DNA of 63,548 nucleotides from a virus (taxonomy: Duplodnaviria; Caudoviricetes): positions 1 through 63,548 of IMG/VR virus record IMGVR_UViG_3300046167_000466; one strand, given 5' to 3'. Below, in pieces: positions 53,249 to 62,308 of this stretch. The position numbers and the translations under genes were made by a program. How positions within the stretch are numbered: the stretch's first letter is position 1; every line of letters begins with the position of its first letter. A model generated the notes under the pieces. The model worked only from the letters and a program-made list of their open reading frames with translations. It was not told where the DNA came from and ran no database searches.

Positions 53249-55651
53249 GTCAAAACCGCCTCCTATTATATCGTTTCCGCTAGACTCAAAGTCTTGAGGA
53301 GGAGTGTTGTTTTGTCTTTGCTCTATAAGTTTACTTTGCTGTGTCGCTTGTAACTTAGTTCGATCGTCTTTACGATCTTCTTTTTCATTTTCTTTTTGTG
53401 ACAGAGATTGAGTTTCTAGACTCTTTAGTTGCATATTGTATTGGAACTCTTGAGCCATTAATTCTTTCTTAGCCATTACTTCAGCTTGTAGTTTTTGCAA
53501 ATCAAATTGGTTTTCCATTTGCATCAACTCTGCTTTCTGTGCTGTTAAAGCTTGATTCTTTTGAACTTCAGCTTGAGCGGCTACTTGTTGTGACTGAGCA
53601 TTAGCCTCTGCTTGAGCTTGAATATTTTGCTGTTGCATTAACTGGTCACGTTCTTGTTTCTTTTTACGTCTTAATTTAAGCAATTGATTAGCCAGCTTAA
53701 TATTCTTAATCTCTCTAATATCTATTGCATCATCTAAATCAATTAAACCAGCTGACAATGCTGTTTGTATATTATTCTCTAATAATGCTTTTTCCTCTTC
53801 GTCCGGTGTTAGCTCTAAGAATATACCAAAATCATACAGATGTAAATCACCCATCTCGCCTAACGTGGCTACATTGTGTCCACCTATTTTTTGTATAAAC
53901 GCTTCTCTTGTTGGTGAATACTCTAATATATCTGATATCCTAAGTGATAAGCATTCAGCTAAATGAGACGTTATGTTTAATCCGGCTTCGAGTATGTGTC
54001 TTGTTGCGGTATTTGAATTCGCCGCTGCTAGCTTTTGTACGCCAACTAATGCTCTTGAGTCTGGAGTACTTGCATCTCTAGCTTCATTAAGACCGGTTAC
54101 GTCGCGTATCATTTGTAGGTAATAATTGTAAGTACTAATTAAAGCTTGCAATTTATTTCCTCCACTACCAGACGTTATCTCTTGTATAGGAACTTTGCCA
54201 GGATTCATATCCCCGTCTTGTGTAAAAGATCTACCAATTACAGAACCTGTTTGGAAAAACATATTTAATGCTTCTTGCGGATTGTAATTTGTTCCATTAC
54301 CTAAATCTATTTCAGCAAGACCATCTGCATCAAGATAAACACCATCCGGTACCATCCTTGATAATAACTGCTGTAGCTTTAAGTGAGTTAGCTGTATCAT
54401 ATCAGCAAAACCAGTAATACGGCTTACTAATGATTCAATACGCCCTTTATACATTCTCGGCGCGTTGATTGCATAACTCATTAAAACTTTTGTTTGATCG
54501 CTTTTGGGTCTCATCATATTAGTAGCAATACCCCATTTAAGAAGCTTGTCTGTACCTAATATTAAAACACCCTCGTATAAAACCTCTAGCGATCTTTCAA
54601 GTTTACCAAACTGCTGTTCTAAAACTTCAACAGGAGGATCGAATGTATCATCTCTAAGTAATACCTTAGCTGCTCCTGTAGCTGTCTCTTTAATTTTATA
54701 CACTTCATTCATATAAGTTTTGTAATTAAAATACAATACTTGAACAGTGTTTGAATCTGAATTGTTTGAGTTTGTTATACTTCTATCGTAAAATCCATTG
54801 TTTTGGTAACCTTGTTTAGATATAGACTCTAACTCTTCGTTGGTTAGCTCCGGAAACTGCTTTTTAAGCTCGTTTAAGGGCACCTGTTTCACTTCGCCTA
54901 CATAATATATATCGTCAAAATAAGGAGACTCTGTGTAAGACCAAACTAAATTAGCGGGATCTACATAGTCAACGGTAATTCCTTCTGATTTTGAAAAAGA
55001 ATTTTTTACCGCCCCAATACCTATAGTGGATAAATCGTATATAACTCTTTTCTTAGTTAAATCGTAGTGGTTGCCGTCGAGTAAAACATTTATAGCCTGT
55101 TCTTCAGCTATTTCAACTTGCTGCTTATACGTTAGCTGCATGTGTAATTCAAGCTCTTCTTGTGACTCTGGTAATTTAGCAGGATCGTTTTCGAACATGT
55201 TTATACCAAACTCTTGCTGAACAAATTCGTTTAGCTCCTTGGTTTGCATGTCGCGTATAATGCTTTCCATATACTTAGTCCGCTTTTCTACACCGTAAGG
55301 ATCTTGCGAATAAGCTTTAATATCAAATGATCTTTCGGAAATTCCGTTTACAACTAAGTCAACAAACTTAGGTATAATAGGCACTGGCTTCCAATCTAAA
55401 TTAAGATATGATAAATCCCCGTTAATTGATAATTCATCTTTATACTTTTGAATTGGCTGTTCACCTCTCGCGTATAATCTTAATCTATGAAATGTATTTT
55501 GATTACTTTTAAACCTTGTAGTACCAGAATCAGCTTTAAACCATTCATCTTGAATAGCTCTACCAACTCTAAGCCCATACTCCAGCGACAACTTTTCTTG
55601 ATCGCTAGCCACTTGGCTTGGGAAAAAACTTTTTATAACTGACTCAGCCAT
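53225..55651 (-). CDS. Portal protein
   Basis: 808 aa after TerL; PIIPKFVD, IRDVTGLNEAR, Gln-rich barrel-like C-terminus. Confidence 0.85.
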   Translation of the reverse strand: MAESVIKSFFPSQVASDQEKLSLEYGLRVGRAIQDEWFKADSGTTRFKSNQNTFHRLRLYARGEQPIQKYKDELSINGDLSYLNLDWKPVPIIPKFVDLVVNGISERSFDIKAYSQDPYGVEKRTKYMESIIRDMQTKELNEFVQQEFGINMFENDPAKLPESQEELELHMQLTYKQQVEIAEEQAINVLLDGNHYDLTKKRVIYDLSTIGIGAVKNSFSKSEGITVDYVDPANLVWSYTESPYFDDIYYVGEVKQVPLNELKKQFPELTNEELESISKQGYQNNGFYDRSITNSNNSDSNTVQVLYFNYKTYMNEVYKIKETATGAAKVLLRDDTFDPPVEVLEQQFGKLERSLEVLYEGVLILGTDKLLKWGIATNMMRPKSDQTKVLMSYAINAPRMYKGRIESLVSRITGFADMIQLTHLKLQQLLSRMVPDGVYLDADGLAEIDLGNGTNYNPQEALNMFFQTGSVIGRSFTQDGDMNPGKVPIQEITSGSGGNKLQALISTYNYYLQMIRDVTGLNEARDASTPDSRALVGVQKLAAANSNTATRHILEAGLNITSHLAECLSLRISDILEYSPTREAFIQKIGGHNVATLGEMGDLHLYDFGIFLELTPDEEEKALLENNIQTALSAGLIDLDDAIDIREIKNIKLANQLLKLRRKKKQERDQLMQQQNIQAQAEANAQSQQVAAQAEVQKNQALTAQKAELMQMENQFDLQKLQAEVMAKKELMAQEFQYNMQLKSLETQSLSQKENEKEDRKDDRTKLQATQQSKLIEQRQNNTPPQDFESSGNDIIGGGFDLGSFEPR

Positions 55652-55655
55652 ATAT

Positions 55656-57866
55656 TTATTTTATTATTTCCGACGTTGATCCGGCGTTTTTGTATCTTGC
55701 AATACGTAAATTTAACTTTGGTTTTTCAACCATTGGGTTTGGTCTATATAGATGTCTATTGCATGCCATTATAGCTAAACCAGAACTAATAGCCGCATCA
55801 AATTTTGTTCTTTTTGTTATATCAAATTTAGCCCAATCGTTTAGTGTGTCATTAAAATACATACTACCATATTGTCCATCTGATTTCACTCCTACATGAT
55901 TCTGTATGTAGGTTTCAATAGCAGCAGCGTGTGCTTGCTTAATATCTTCTGATGAATTCGGTATACCACCAATTTCTCTTTCTGCTACAGATAATTTATT
56001 GTAACTTTTGTCCGGTCTATTCATTGAATAACCTCTATATCCTCTTCTTTTAAAATAATACAATAATCTAGGTTTATTGTTTTCAGCTAATATTGGCATT
56101 CCGTAAAACACACATGCCATTAACACGTCTTCAAAAAACATTTCAGCTGTTTGTGGCCTTGCTACATATTCTAAGAAAAATGAATTAGGCGGAGCATCCT
56201 CCATGCTAAAAGTCGTAAGACCGTGCAAAGCTCCTTTTGATCCTCTCCCGTCTGTTGTACCTGATATGTCATAACTATCACAACCAAACGCTCCTATATG
56301 TTCGTTACCAGGATACCTTATACCATTTTTAATTACCTGTTTATTTTGCAAATCAACTTTTGGTACCCAAGATACTTTAAATCTTCCGCTCGGATTTGGT
56401 GAAAACATCACTTTACTATCTTTAATGCCATGTTCCCAATTAAAACTCCCTGTTGTAACTACTCCAGAACTTCGTAGATCTTCGTTATAATCTATTTGTT
56501 CGTATATTTTTACTAAGTTAAATATACTATTTTTAGTTTCGTCTCTAAATGCGTGTTCCTCTGTGCGTGGAAATTGTCTATAAAACTCATTTAAAGCGTC
56601 CTGGTCGCCTTTTAATCCTTCAGCTTCATTATTCCAGTGCTCTACGACCCCAACCTCGATAGCGTCGCCGTGTGGGCCAATGCAATCTGCTGATGGGGTT
56701 TCGAATACAGGCATTCCATAAGAATCAATGAATCCTTCGTAATTCCATTCCATAGGAATGAACAAAGAATATAATCCTGACTTAGTTTGTCCGTTACGGT
56801 TTCTTTTTGAAACATCCGAGTCACTGTATAGTTTTTTAAAATTTTCTCCACCTTTATCCAAGGCGTTTGATGTTGATCCCATCATGCACTTTCCAATAAC
56901 TCTACTACCTAATCTTAAAGTAGTTTTTGTAACACGCCAGTTGTTTAATATGTTGTCGGGCTTTTCCCATTTACCGCTTTCATCATGGACTAACAGCTTT
57001 AGCTTTTCACCGTCATAACTGTTATCTCCAGTATTTTTCCAGTCAATAGTTGTGTCTAGCCCTTCTAGTAATTCCTGGTCTTGTTTGTTTTGTATAGACT
57101 TCCTTGTAAGCCTTGAGGCTGGTATTCTATACGCTAGCTCTGTTTTCGGACGGTCCATACCGTCTTGTATTGGCTTAAAGAAAAATGGATAGTTTACAGA
57201 TATTGGTACTACCTTGTCTGTAAACATTTTTTTAGCGTCAGAACCGGACTTTGATAATATTCCGAATCGCGCATCGCTTGATATTGTAGCCATGTTAACG
57301 GTCTCACCGCTTGCCATAAAGGAAAAACCTGAGCGTCTGTTTTTGAGATAGCACATACCGTAGCATCTGGAATCCGCTTTACAAGCTTCCCAGAAAATGA
57401 AGAATAATCTGTTGGCTTCCCTAAAGTCTGGGTGCCCAACGTCAATCTTAGACCATTGCAGGTACATAAAGTGAGTGCCAGTAATGTAAGTGCCCACACC
57501 TTTATTATTGAACCAATGGCCTTCTTCGCGGCGTTTGAATTGTTCATCTATGTATGTCTCCCATTTTTCTTTAAAGTCGTCAGGATAATCCCTCCAGTCA
57601 AACACACTTTGAATGCGCTTTAATTCTTTTGGTATTTCTTCAACAACCCATTTGTCATTTGATTTATCTATATTCGAAGGTAGCTTGGGTAATGCTATCT
57701 TCAAATTTTGTATATTGTATATTTCACCAATTTGTCCGGTTTTGCTAATAACAACGATATCATGCTCTTTGTTATAACCGTATTTCCATTTCTTACCTTT
57801 ATTAAGTCTACTTATAGTAGTCTTTTTGATAGGTGTTATTACGCTATATAAAGTTTGCTCGTACAT
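55656..57866 (-). CDS. Terminase large subunit
   Basis: KNRRSGFS (Walker A), VHDESGK (Walker B), GSTSN, FGCDSYD nuclease, ENN, FDAAI. Confidence 0.92.
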   Translation of the reverse strand: MYEQTLYSVITPIKKTTISRLNKGKKWKYGYNKEHDIVVISKTGQIGEIYNIQNLKIALPKLPSNIDKSNDKWVVEEIPKELKRIQSVFDWRDYPDDFKEKWETYIDEQFKRREEGHWFNNKGVGTYITGTHFMYLQWSKIDVGHPDFREANRLFFIFWEACKADSRCYGMCYLKNRRSGFSFMASGETVNMATISSDARFGILSKSGSDAKKMFTDKVVPISVNYPFFFKPIQDGMDRPKTELAYRIPASRLTRKSIQNKQDQELLEGLDTTIDWKNTGDNSYDGEKLKLLVHDESGKWEKPDNILNNWRVTKTTLRLGSRVIGKCMMGSTSNALDKGGENFKKLYSDSDVSKRNRNGQTKSGLYSLFIPMEWNYEGFIDSYGMPVFETPSADCIGPHGDAIEVGVVEHWNNEAEGLKGDQDALNEFYRQFPRTEEHAFRDETKNSIFNLVKIYEQIDYNEDLRSSGVVTTGSFNWEHGIKDSKVMFSPNPSGRFKVSWVPKVDLQNKQVIKNGIRYPGNEHIGAFGCDSYDISGTTDGRGSKGALHGLTTFSMEDAPPNSFFLEYVARPQTAEMFFEDVLMACVFYGMPILAENNKPRLLYYFKRRGYRGYSMNRPDKSYNKLSVAEREIGGIPNSSEDIKQAHAAAIETYIQNHVGVKSDGQYGSMYFNDTLNDWAKFDITKRTKFDAAISSGLAIMACNRHLYRPNPMVEKPKLNLRIARYKNAGSTSEIIK

Positions 57867-58141
57867 TACTTACTCCTTCTTTCTGCAAATCCTGAAAAGG
57901 TTTTCTTTTTTTCCTCTTCTTTAGGTTTGTTCTCTAATATAGCTTCTTCTTCTTGTATACGCGTAAGTATTTCAAAAGCATCAAATATAGCTAACTTTTT
58001 TGTAGCCGCAGCGTTCTTCAACCTATCAGCTGATATGTCATCATCAGAATCAACTATAGGTTCTTTAGCTACTTTAATTAATTCCTCAACTGCTATTTGC
58101 CCAGCTTGGATTATATTCTTCTTCGTCTCCTTGATATTCAT
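57866..58141 (-). CDS. Possible terminase small subunit
   Basis: 91-aa helical ORF coupled upstream of TerL. Confidence 0.45.
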   Translation of the reverse strand: MNIKETKKNIIQAGQIAVEELIKVAKEPIVDSDDDISADRLKNAAATKKLAIFDAFEILTRIQEEEAILENKPKEEEKKKTFSGFAERRSK

Positions 58142-58685
58142 ATTTAATTGTAATTAGATTTGTTGGAACACGATATAATTTTTCTTTATTTATAATAAAT
58201 TCGTACTCTGCGCCAGGCCTAAAGCCTACGAGATCACCTTCTTCAACACTTTTTAAACTAGGGTCTTTATATTTAAGCACTCCTATTAATGGTTTTTCAA
58301 AGTTGATTGAAAACATTTTATTTTCTTTTATGGGTTTAACAAAGTTAAATCCATTTAATGGTATCCACTTGTATATACGCTTGTACGCGAATATTTGATC
58401 TGGCGAAACAAAATACATATTGTTTTTATAATAGCTCCTGCTATTTTTTTCTTCGCCTCTAATATCCCGGAATCTACGGAATACATTGTGATGCAATACA
58501 ACCTCATCGCCTTCACGTACACCAGTTGAGTTTGTCTTTGGTGTGGCCATAACAATACCTATTCTTGAAACAAAATTATGATTTTGTAATTCCGTATTAA
58601 GTATTAATTCTTTACCATCTATTGTTTTTGTATTGTTATACCTGTCTTCTTTAGGCATAACAACAAAATCAAAAACGCCTCTCAT
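58086..58685 (-). CDS. Tandem GroES-like (Cpn10) domain protein
   Basis: Two repeats: FVVMP...GIVMATP...VREGDEVV and PLNGFNFVKP...GVLKY...VEEGDLVGF...LYRV. Confidence 0.6.
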   Translation of the reverse strand: MRGVFDFVVMPKEDRYNNTKTIDGKELILNTELQNHNFVSRIGIVMATPKTNSTGVREGDEVVLHHNVFRRFRDIRGEEKNSRSYYKNNMYFVSPDQIFAYKRIYKWIPLNGFNFVKPIKENKMFSINFEKPLIGVLKYKDPSLKSVEEGDLVGFRPGAEYEFIINKEKLYRVPTNLITIKYEYQGDEEEYNPSWANSS

Positions 58686-58903
58686 TAATAGTCTATATTG
58701 TATTCAATGGCTATTGCCATATTTTTATTAAAATCTTTCCAGGGTATCACATCGTTACCCTTCTGAATATAGATAGAGTACTTTTCTTCTTCTTCTATAA
58801 TATTAACTATAGTATGACCACCATACACTTCCTGTCCAACAGAATAGTGCATGGCGTCATTTTTATAGTCTTTTCCTATACTAATCTTCCTTAGCAGGCT
58901 CAC
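58685..58903 (-). CDS. Hypothetical protein
   Basis: 72 aa; RKISIGKDYK..AMHYSVGQ. Confidence 0.7.
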   Translation of the reverse strand: MSLLRKISIGKDYKNDAMHYSVGQEVYGGHTIVNIIEEEEKYSIYIQKGNDVIPWKDFNKNMAIAIEYNIDY

Positions 58904-59123
58904 GTAATTCTCCTGTATTAATATCGATTACTTTATCACCATACTTAGTTTGCAGCTCTTTTTGCTGCTCCTCAAGTTTGGTTTTCATTTGAGCAAATGC
59001 GTGTAGCAGCTCATGCTTTTGTAATTCAATACCACCAATTTGCGTTTGAACGCTGTTTAGTTGATTAATAGTGTTCTTTAGAGCTTCTAGCTCTTCTGTA
59101 GATAGTTTTGCTTCTTTAGCCAT
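58881..59123 (-). CDS. Coiled-coil hypothetical protein
   Basis: Likely start MAKEAKL; ends KYG...IDINTGE. Confidence 0.65.
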   Translation of the reverse strand: MAKEAKLSTEELEALKNTINQLNSVQTQIGGIELQKHELLHAFAQMKTKLEEQQKELQTKYGDKVIDINTGELREPAKED

Positions 59124-59133
59124 TTTATTTAAT

Positions 59134-59532
59134 TTAATTGTTATTGCTGGATTTCTTTGCTTTTTCCCAGGTACGCCCAACAAAATACGCCCCGTAGACT
59201 GTTATTAATAAAGATTGAAAAATTGGTATATAGTCTTCAGCTATTTTAAACTCTCCTATATTGCCATCAAAAAAACAAAGCGCCGTAAAGATAACAGTTA
59301 AATATATAAGAACCATAGGTCTTATATTTTTAGAAAGGAATGAATCAGAATTCATATCTGCTTCCCATCTTGCTGTTACTTGCTCTTGCGCTTCTTTATC
59401 TGCTTTTTCTAGAATCTCAGTTATTAAACGATGAGCTTCTAGTTTTTCTTCTTTAGTTGTAGTTAATTTATCAATGACATCCCCGACTTCTTTAATTACT
59501 CCACCGGTAAGCCATTCCCATATTTTTTTCAT
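59134..59532 (-). CDS. Probable 3TM-type holin
   Basis: RWEADMNSDSFLSKNIRP, two TM helices, GAYFVGRTWEK. Confidence 0.75.
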   Translation of the reverse strand: MKKIWEWLTGGVIKEVGDVIDKLTTTKEEKLEAHRLITEILEKADKEAQEQVTARWEADMNSDSFLSKNIRPMVLIYLTVIFTALCFFDGNIGEFKIAEDYIPIFQSLLITVYGAYFVGRTWEKAKKSSNNN

Positions 59533-59536
59533 AGTA

Positions 59537-59830
59537 CTAACATTTCCATCTGCGTCTAGCTGCGCAGATTCTTTTATCTGGTGTTTTACTGCAATTTATA
59601 TTATGCATTTCCATTTGCCCTTTAGATCTTGCGCAATATGACGTACGTCTTTTACCTCCTCCTGGTTGTGGAGCTTTAAGGTTACCACCTGTTTTTTTAT
59701 TATAAGCTTTTCTACCAGCCTCGGTCATTCCTGCACCTTCTTTGGCTGTTAAAAAATGTCTCCCTTTACCTTTCGTTGTTTTACGAAGTTTTGCGGCTAC
59801 TGAGTTTTTTGGTTGCTGAATATAAGGCAT
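59537..59830 (-). CDS. Small basic phage protein
   Basis: GAGMTEAGRKAY...NLKAP...RRTSYCARS...RRWKC, common in marine phages. Confidence 0.75.
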   Translation of the reverse strand: MPYIQQPKNSVAAKLRKTTKGKGRHFLTAKEGAGMTEAGRKAYNKKTGGNLKAPQPGGGKRRTSYCARSKGQMEMHNINCSKTPDKRICAARRRWKC

Positions 59831-59833
59831 AAT

Positions 59834-60691
59834 TTATTTTTTTAGTTTTGAACCATAGCCCCCCATTTTATATGGTGCGCGCTTTTTATTAAAAGTACTT
59901 CCAGCCGCAGCCTCGCCTCTCAAAATATCAGCGCTAGTACCTTCTCTAGTTCCTGAAACGTACTTCTGTCCAACACCAATACCTTGTGAAATTTGTTTTA
60001 CATTTTCGTCATATTGTTGCTGAGCTGATTCGCTCTTCATTCCCGCTTTGTTAATACCAGCTGTAACTTTTTCGTATTTTTTTCTATCGCTGCCAAAACC
60101 TAGAAAGCCTTTTTTCATTCCTTTTTTCTCGTCGAAACTTAATTTACCATCGCCATCTTTGTCGTATGTTTCAAGTAATTGTGACTTTTTAAATTCTAAG
60201 TTTGCCTTCTTTTTGGATTGTCTGGATACTTTGCCAGCCATTTTTTCACTAGACTGCTGCTCCCATTTTCTATCCCATTTATCTTTACCAACACCACGTG
60301 TATTGATTAACTGTGGAACATCTTCTTTTTTGTCAGGAGTACCTGCTGTTCCAGGTGTAGCTGGCTTCGGAGGTTTATAACCTTCTCTAAGACCCTCAGC
60401 TTGCTCTCTAGCATATCTTTTTCTTTTTTGCTCTTCTGATTCATTTGCTAAATACTCTTTCCACTTGTCATCTGACATTTGGTTTTCTGCAGCTTTAACA
60501 ATTTTCCCACTTGAACCAGGATCTCCAGGATCTCCAGCTGAGCCTTCTTGACCAGGGGTAGTTGTTCTAATAAGCAACTTTCCTGCGTCGTCAACAACGT
60601 TTTCTACTATCGGCTCGGTCTGCTTATTAGGCGACACAGACATTCCTTTACTTGTGCTGTGCTGAATTCTAGATGTTATAGGTTTGCTCAT
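59834..60691 (-). CDS. Lys-rich hypothetical protein with an EF-hand loop
   Basis: DKDGDGKLSFDE. Confidence 0.7.
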   Translation of the reverse strand: MSKPITSRIQHSTSKGMSVSPNKQTEPIVENVVDDAGKLLIRTTTPGQEGSAGDPGDPGSSGKIVKAAENQMSDDKWKEYLANESEEQKRKRYAREQAEGLREGYKPPKPATPGTAGTPDKKEDVPQLINTRGVGKDKWDRKWEQQSSEKMAGKVSRQSKKKANLEFKKSQLLETYDKDGDGKLSFDEKKGMKKGFLGFGSDRKKYEKVTAGINKAGMKSESAQQQYDENVKQISQGIGVGQKYVSGTREGTSADILRGEAAAGSTFNKKRAPYKMGGYGSKLKK

Positions 60692-60693
60692 TT

Positions 60694-60984
60694 TTATTGT
60701 TTTAGTAAGTTTGAGATTGACGAACCTAGATCAGGCACATTGATCTTCATTTCCTGCATAGACGGTACTTTAAATTTGTTAAAAGGATTAGTTTTATTTT
60801 CCTCCACGTCTGTAGTATCAGGCTTTCTTTTTTGTGTATTCTTTTTGTCACCCTCAAGACCTTTTTGTACTTCTGCGCCTAGGTCTAAAAATGTTTCTTT
60901 TGTTTGCGCTTCGCCTGCAACAATAGCTTCATTCATTTTGTTTGGCGATGATTTGCATTTTTGTGTTATAGGTAGTGACTTCAT
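60694..60984 (-). CDS. Hypothetical protein
   Basis: Likely start MKSLPITQK (ATGA overlap). Confidence 0.6.
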   Translation of the reverse strand: MKSLPITQKCKSSPNKMNEAIVAGEAQTKETFLDLGAEVQKGLEGDKKNTQKRKPDTTDVEENKTNPFNKFKVPSMQEMKINVPDLGSSISNLLKQ

Positions 60985-61370
60985 TTTTTTTCTTGTTTGT
61001 AAGCGTCTTTTTCCCACTCTAAATCAGAAGGATCTCCTTCTTTAATCTTTTTACCAGCGCTAGCCAACATACCATTGTCTAGTCTTTCATACACGCGAGC
61101 AGGTGAACGAGTGTCTTTTTTCCAGGTAACCATGTTATCATCGTAGTCCAACTTGTTCTGAAGCATCTGTTCATGATGTATATTTTCATGATCTATAGAG
61201 TCTTTCTTTTCTTTCTCACTGGCGTTCTTATCCACAAAAGTAGTACGATCCCTATTAGCTTCGGCTATAACCCCAGGCTCTAATTTTTTTTCAAACACAG
61301 GTCTACCAAATTCAGATAGCTCCTCGTTGATGCCAAATACCTCGCCTTTAGATTTAAGCTTAAATGCCAT
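60981..61370 (-). CDS. Small zincin-like (HExxH) protein
   Basis: IDHENIHHEQM...LEWEKDAY. Confidence 0.6.
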   Translation of the reverse strand: MAFKLKSKGEVFGINEELSEFGRPVFEKKLEPGVIAEANRDRTTFVDKNASEKEKKDSIDHENIHHEQMLQNKLDYDDNMVTWKKDTRSPARVYERLDNGMLASAGKKIKEGDPSDLEWEKDAYKQEKK

Positions 61371-61612
61371 TATTTCCCGTAATATCCTTTTTTATAATTT
61401 TTTCCGGGAGCAGACTTTCCTTCTTTAGCCGCAATAGCACTTACAATTTCTTTAGGTAAGTTAGCTTTTTGCTTAGCAGTTTGCTTAGCTGGTGACCCGC
61501 ATCCGCATCCCTTGCTTGATCCTCCTTCTACTTTACCTACGTTTAGCAATGGCTCCTTGATACCTCCTTTGGTACCTTTTTGAATTTTAGCTGTAATTGG
61601 TGTTAAGTTCAT
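61370..61612 (-). CDS. Small basic hypothetical protein
   Basis: 80 aa. Confidence 0.6.
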   Translation of the reverse strand: MNLTPITAKIQKGTKGGIKEPLLNVGKVEGGSSKGCGCGSPAKQTAKQKANLPKEIVSAIAAKEGKSAPGKNYKKGYYGK

Positions 61613-61613
61613 G

Positions 61614-62054
61614 TTATCTTTCTTTATCGTTAATCATATCGTCAATAGCTTTGTTATAAACTTTATCCGTATATGTTTTATTTTTATAAAATGTACTTCT
61701 CTCAGATGTTGGCAAATCCTCTTCTGCTAACATTATTCTGTATATTCTTTTAATTAGTAGCTTACACTTATTTGATGTTTTATAAACAGCGTACTTAGAC
61801 GTAGTGCGGTTTCTTTCTTTAAATACATCAATCCAACCGTTTCTTCTTAAGCGTTCCCACCGGTTTTTATCCCAGCTGTAAGTATAAACACCGTTAATAA
61901 AATCATTACGTGTAAAAAGCTTTTTGCAATCTAAATAAATAAGTAGTTCTAAATCAGCATCTTTTAAATTGTAAGTTTTACAGACCCACCTTCTGATAAG
62001 CCTGTAATACTTTAACAAATTCATATCCTGCAAGTCTTGCCCGCTTAGTCTCAT
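61614..62054 (-). CDS. Hypothetical protein, possibly winged-helix
   Basis: Likely start MRLSGQDL; LKDADLELLIYL...ERLRRNGWI...VYKTSNKCK. Confidence 0.6.
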   Translation of the reverse strand: MRLSGQDLQDMNLLKYYRLIRRWVCKTYNLKDADLELLIYLDCKKLFTRNDFINGVYTYSWDKNRWERLRRNGWIDVFKERNRTTSKYAVYKTSNKCKLLIKRIYRIMLAEEDLPTSERSTFYKNKTYTDKVYNKAIDDMINDKER

Positions 62055-62308
62055 TCTATAAGTACTATATCTGAGATTTTTAACACATAATACAAATGAT
62101 CGTTCCATTCAATACCATGCCCGGCGTGCTTATCATACCTAACAAGATCTCCGTCTTGTAGTATATCTATTTGGTCACCTATACTAATGACCCTGCCTTT
62201 AACGTAACGTACGTCTTTATTTTGCTTTTCAGTAAGTTCTAATCCGCCTACTTTTGACGGCTCCTCTTTTATCTTGTCTACAATTACAAAGTGATTTATT
62301 GCTTTCAT
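62051..62308 (-). CDS. groES: Co-chaperonin GroES (Cpn10)
   Basis: MKAINHFVIV...SKVGGLEL...GRVISIG...GDLVRY...DIV; coupled downstream of groEL. Confidence 0.85.
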   Translation of the reverse strand: MKAINHFVIVDKIKEEPSKVGGLELTEKQNKDVRYVKGRVISIGDQIDILQDGDLVRYDKHAGHGIEWNDHLYYVLKISDIVLIE

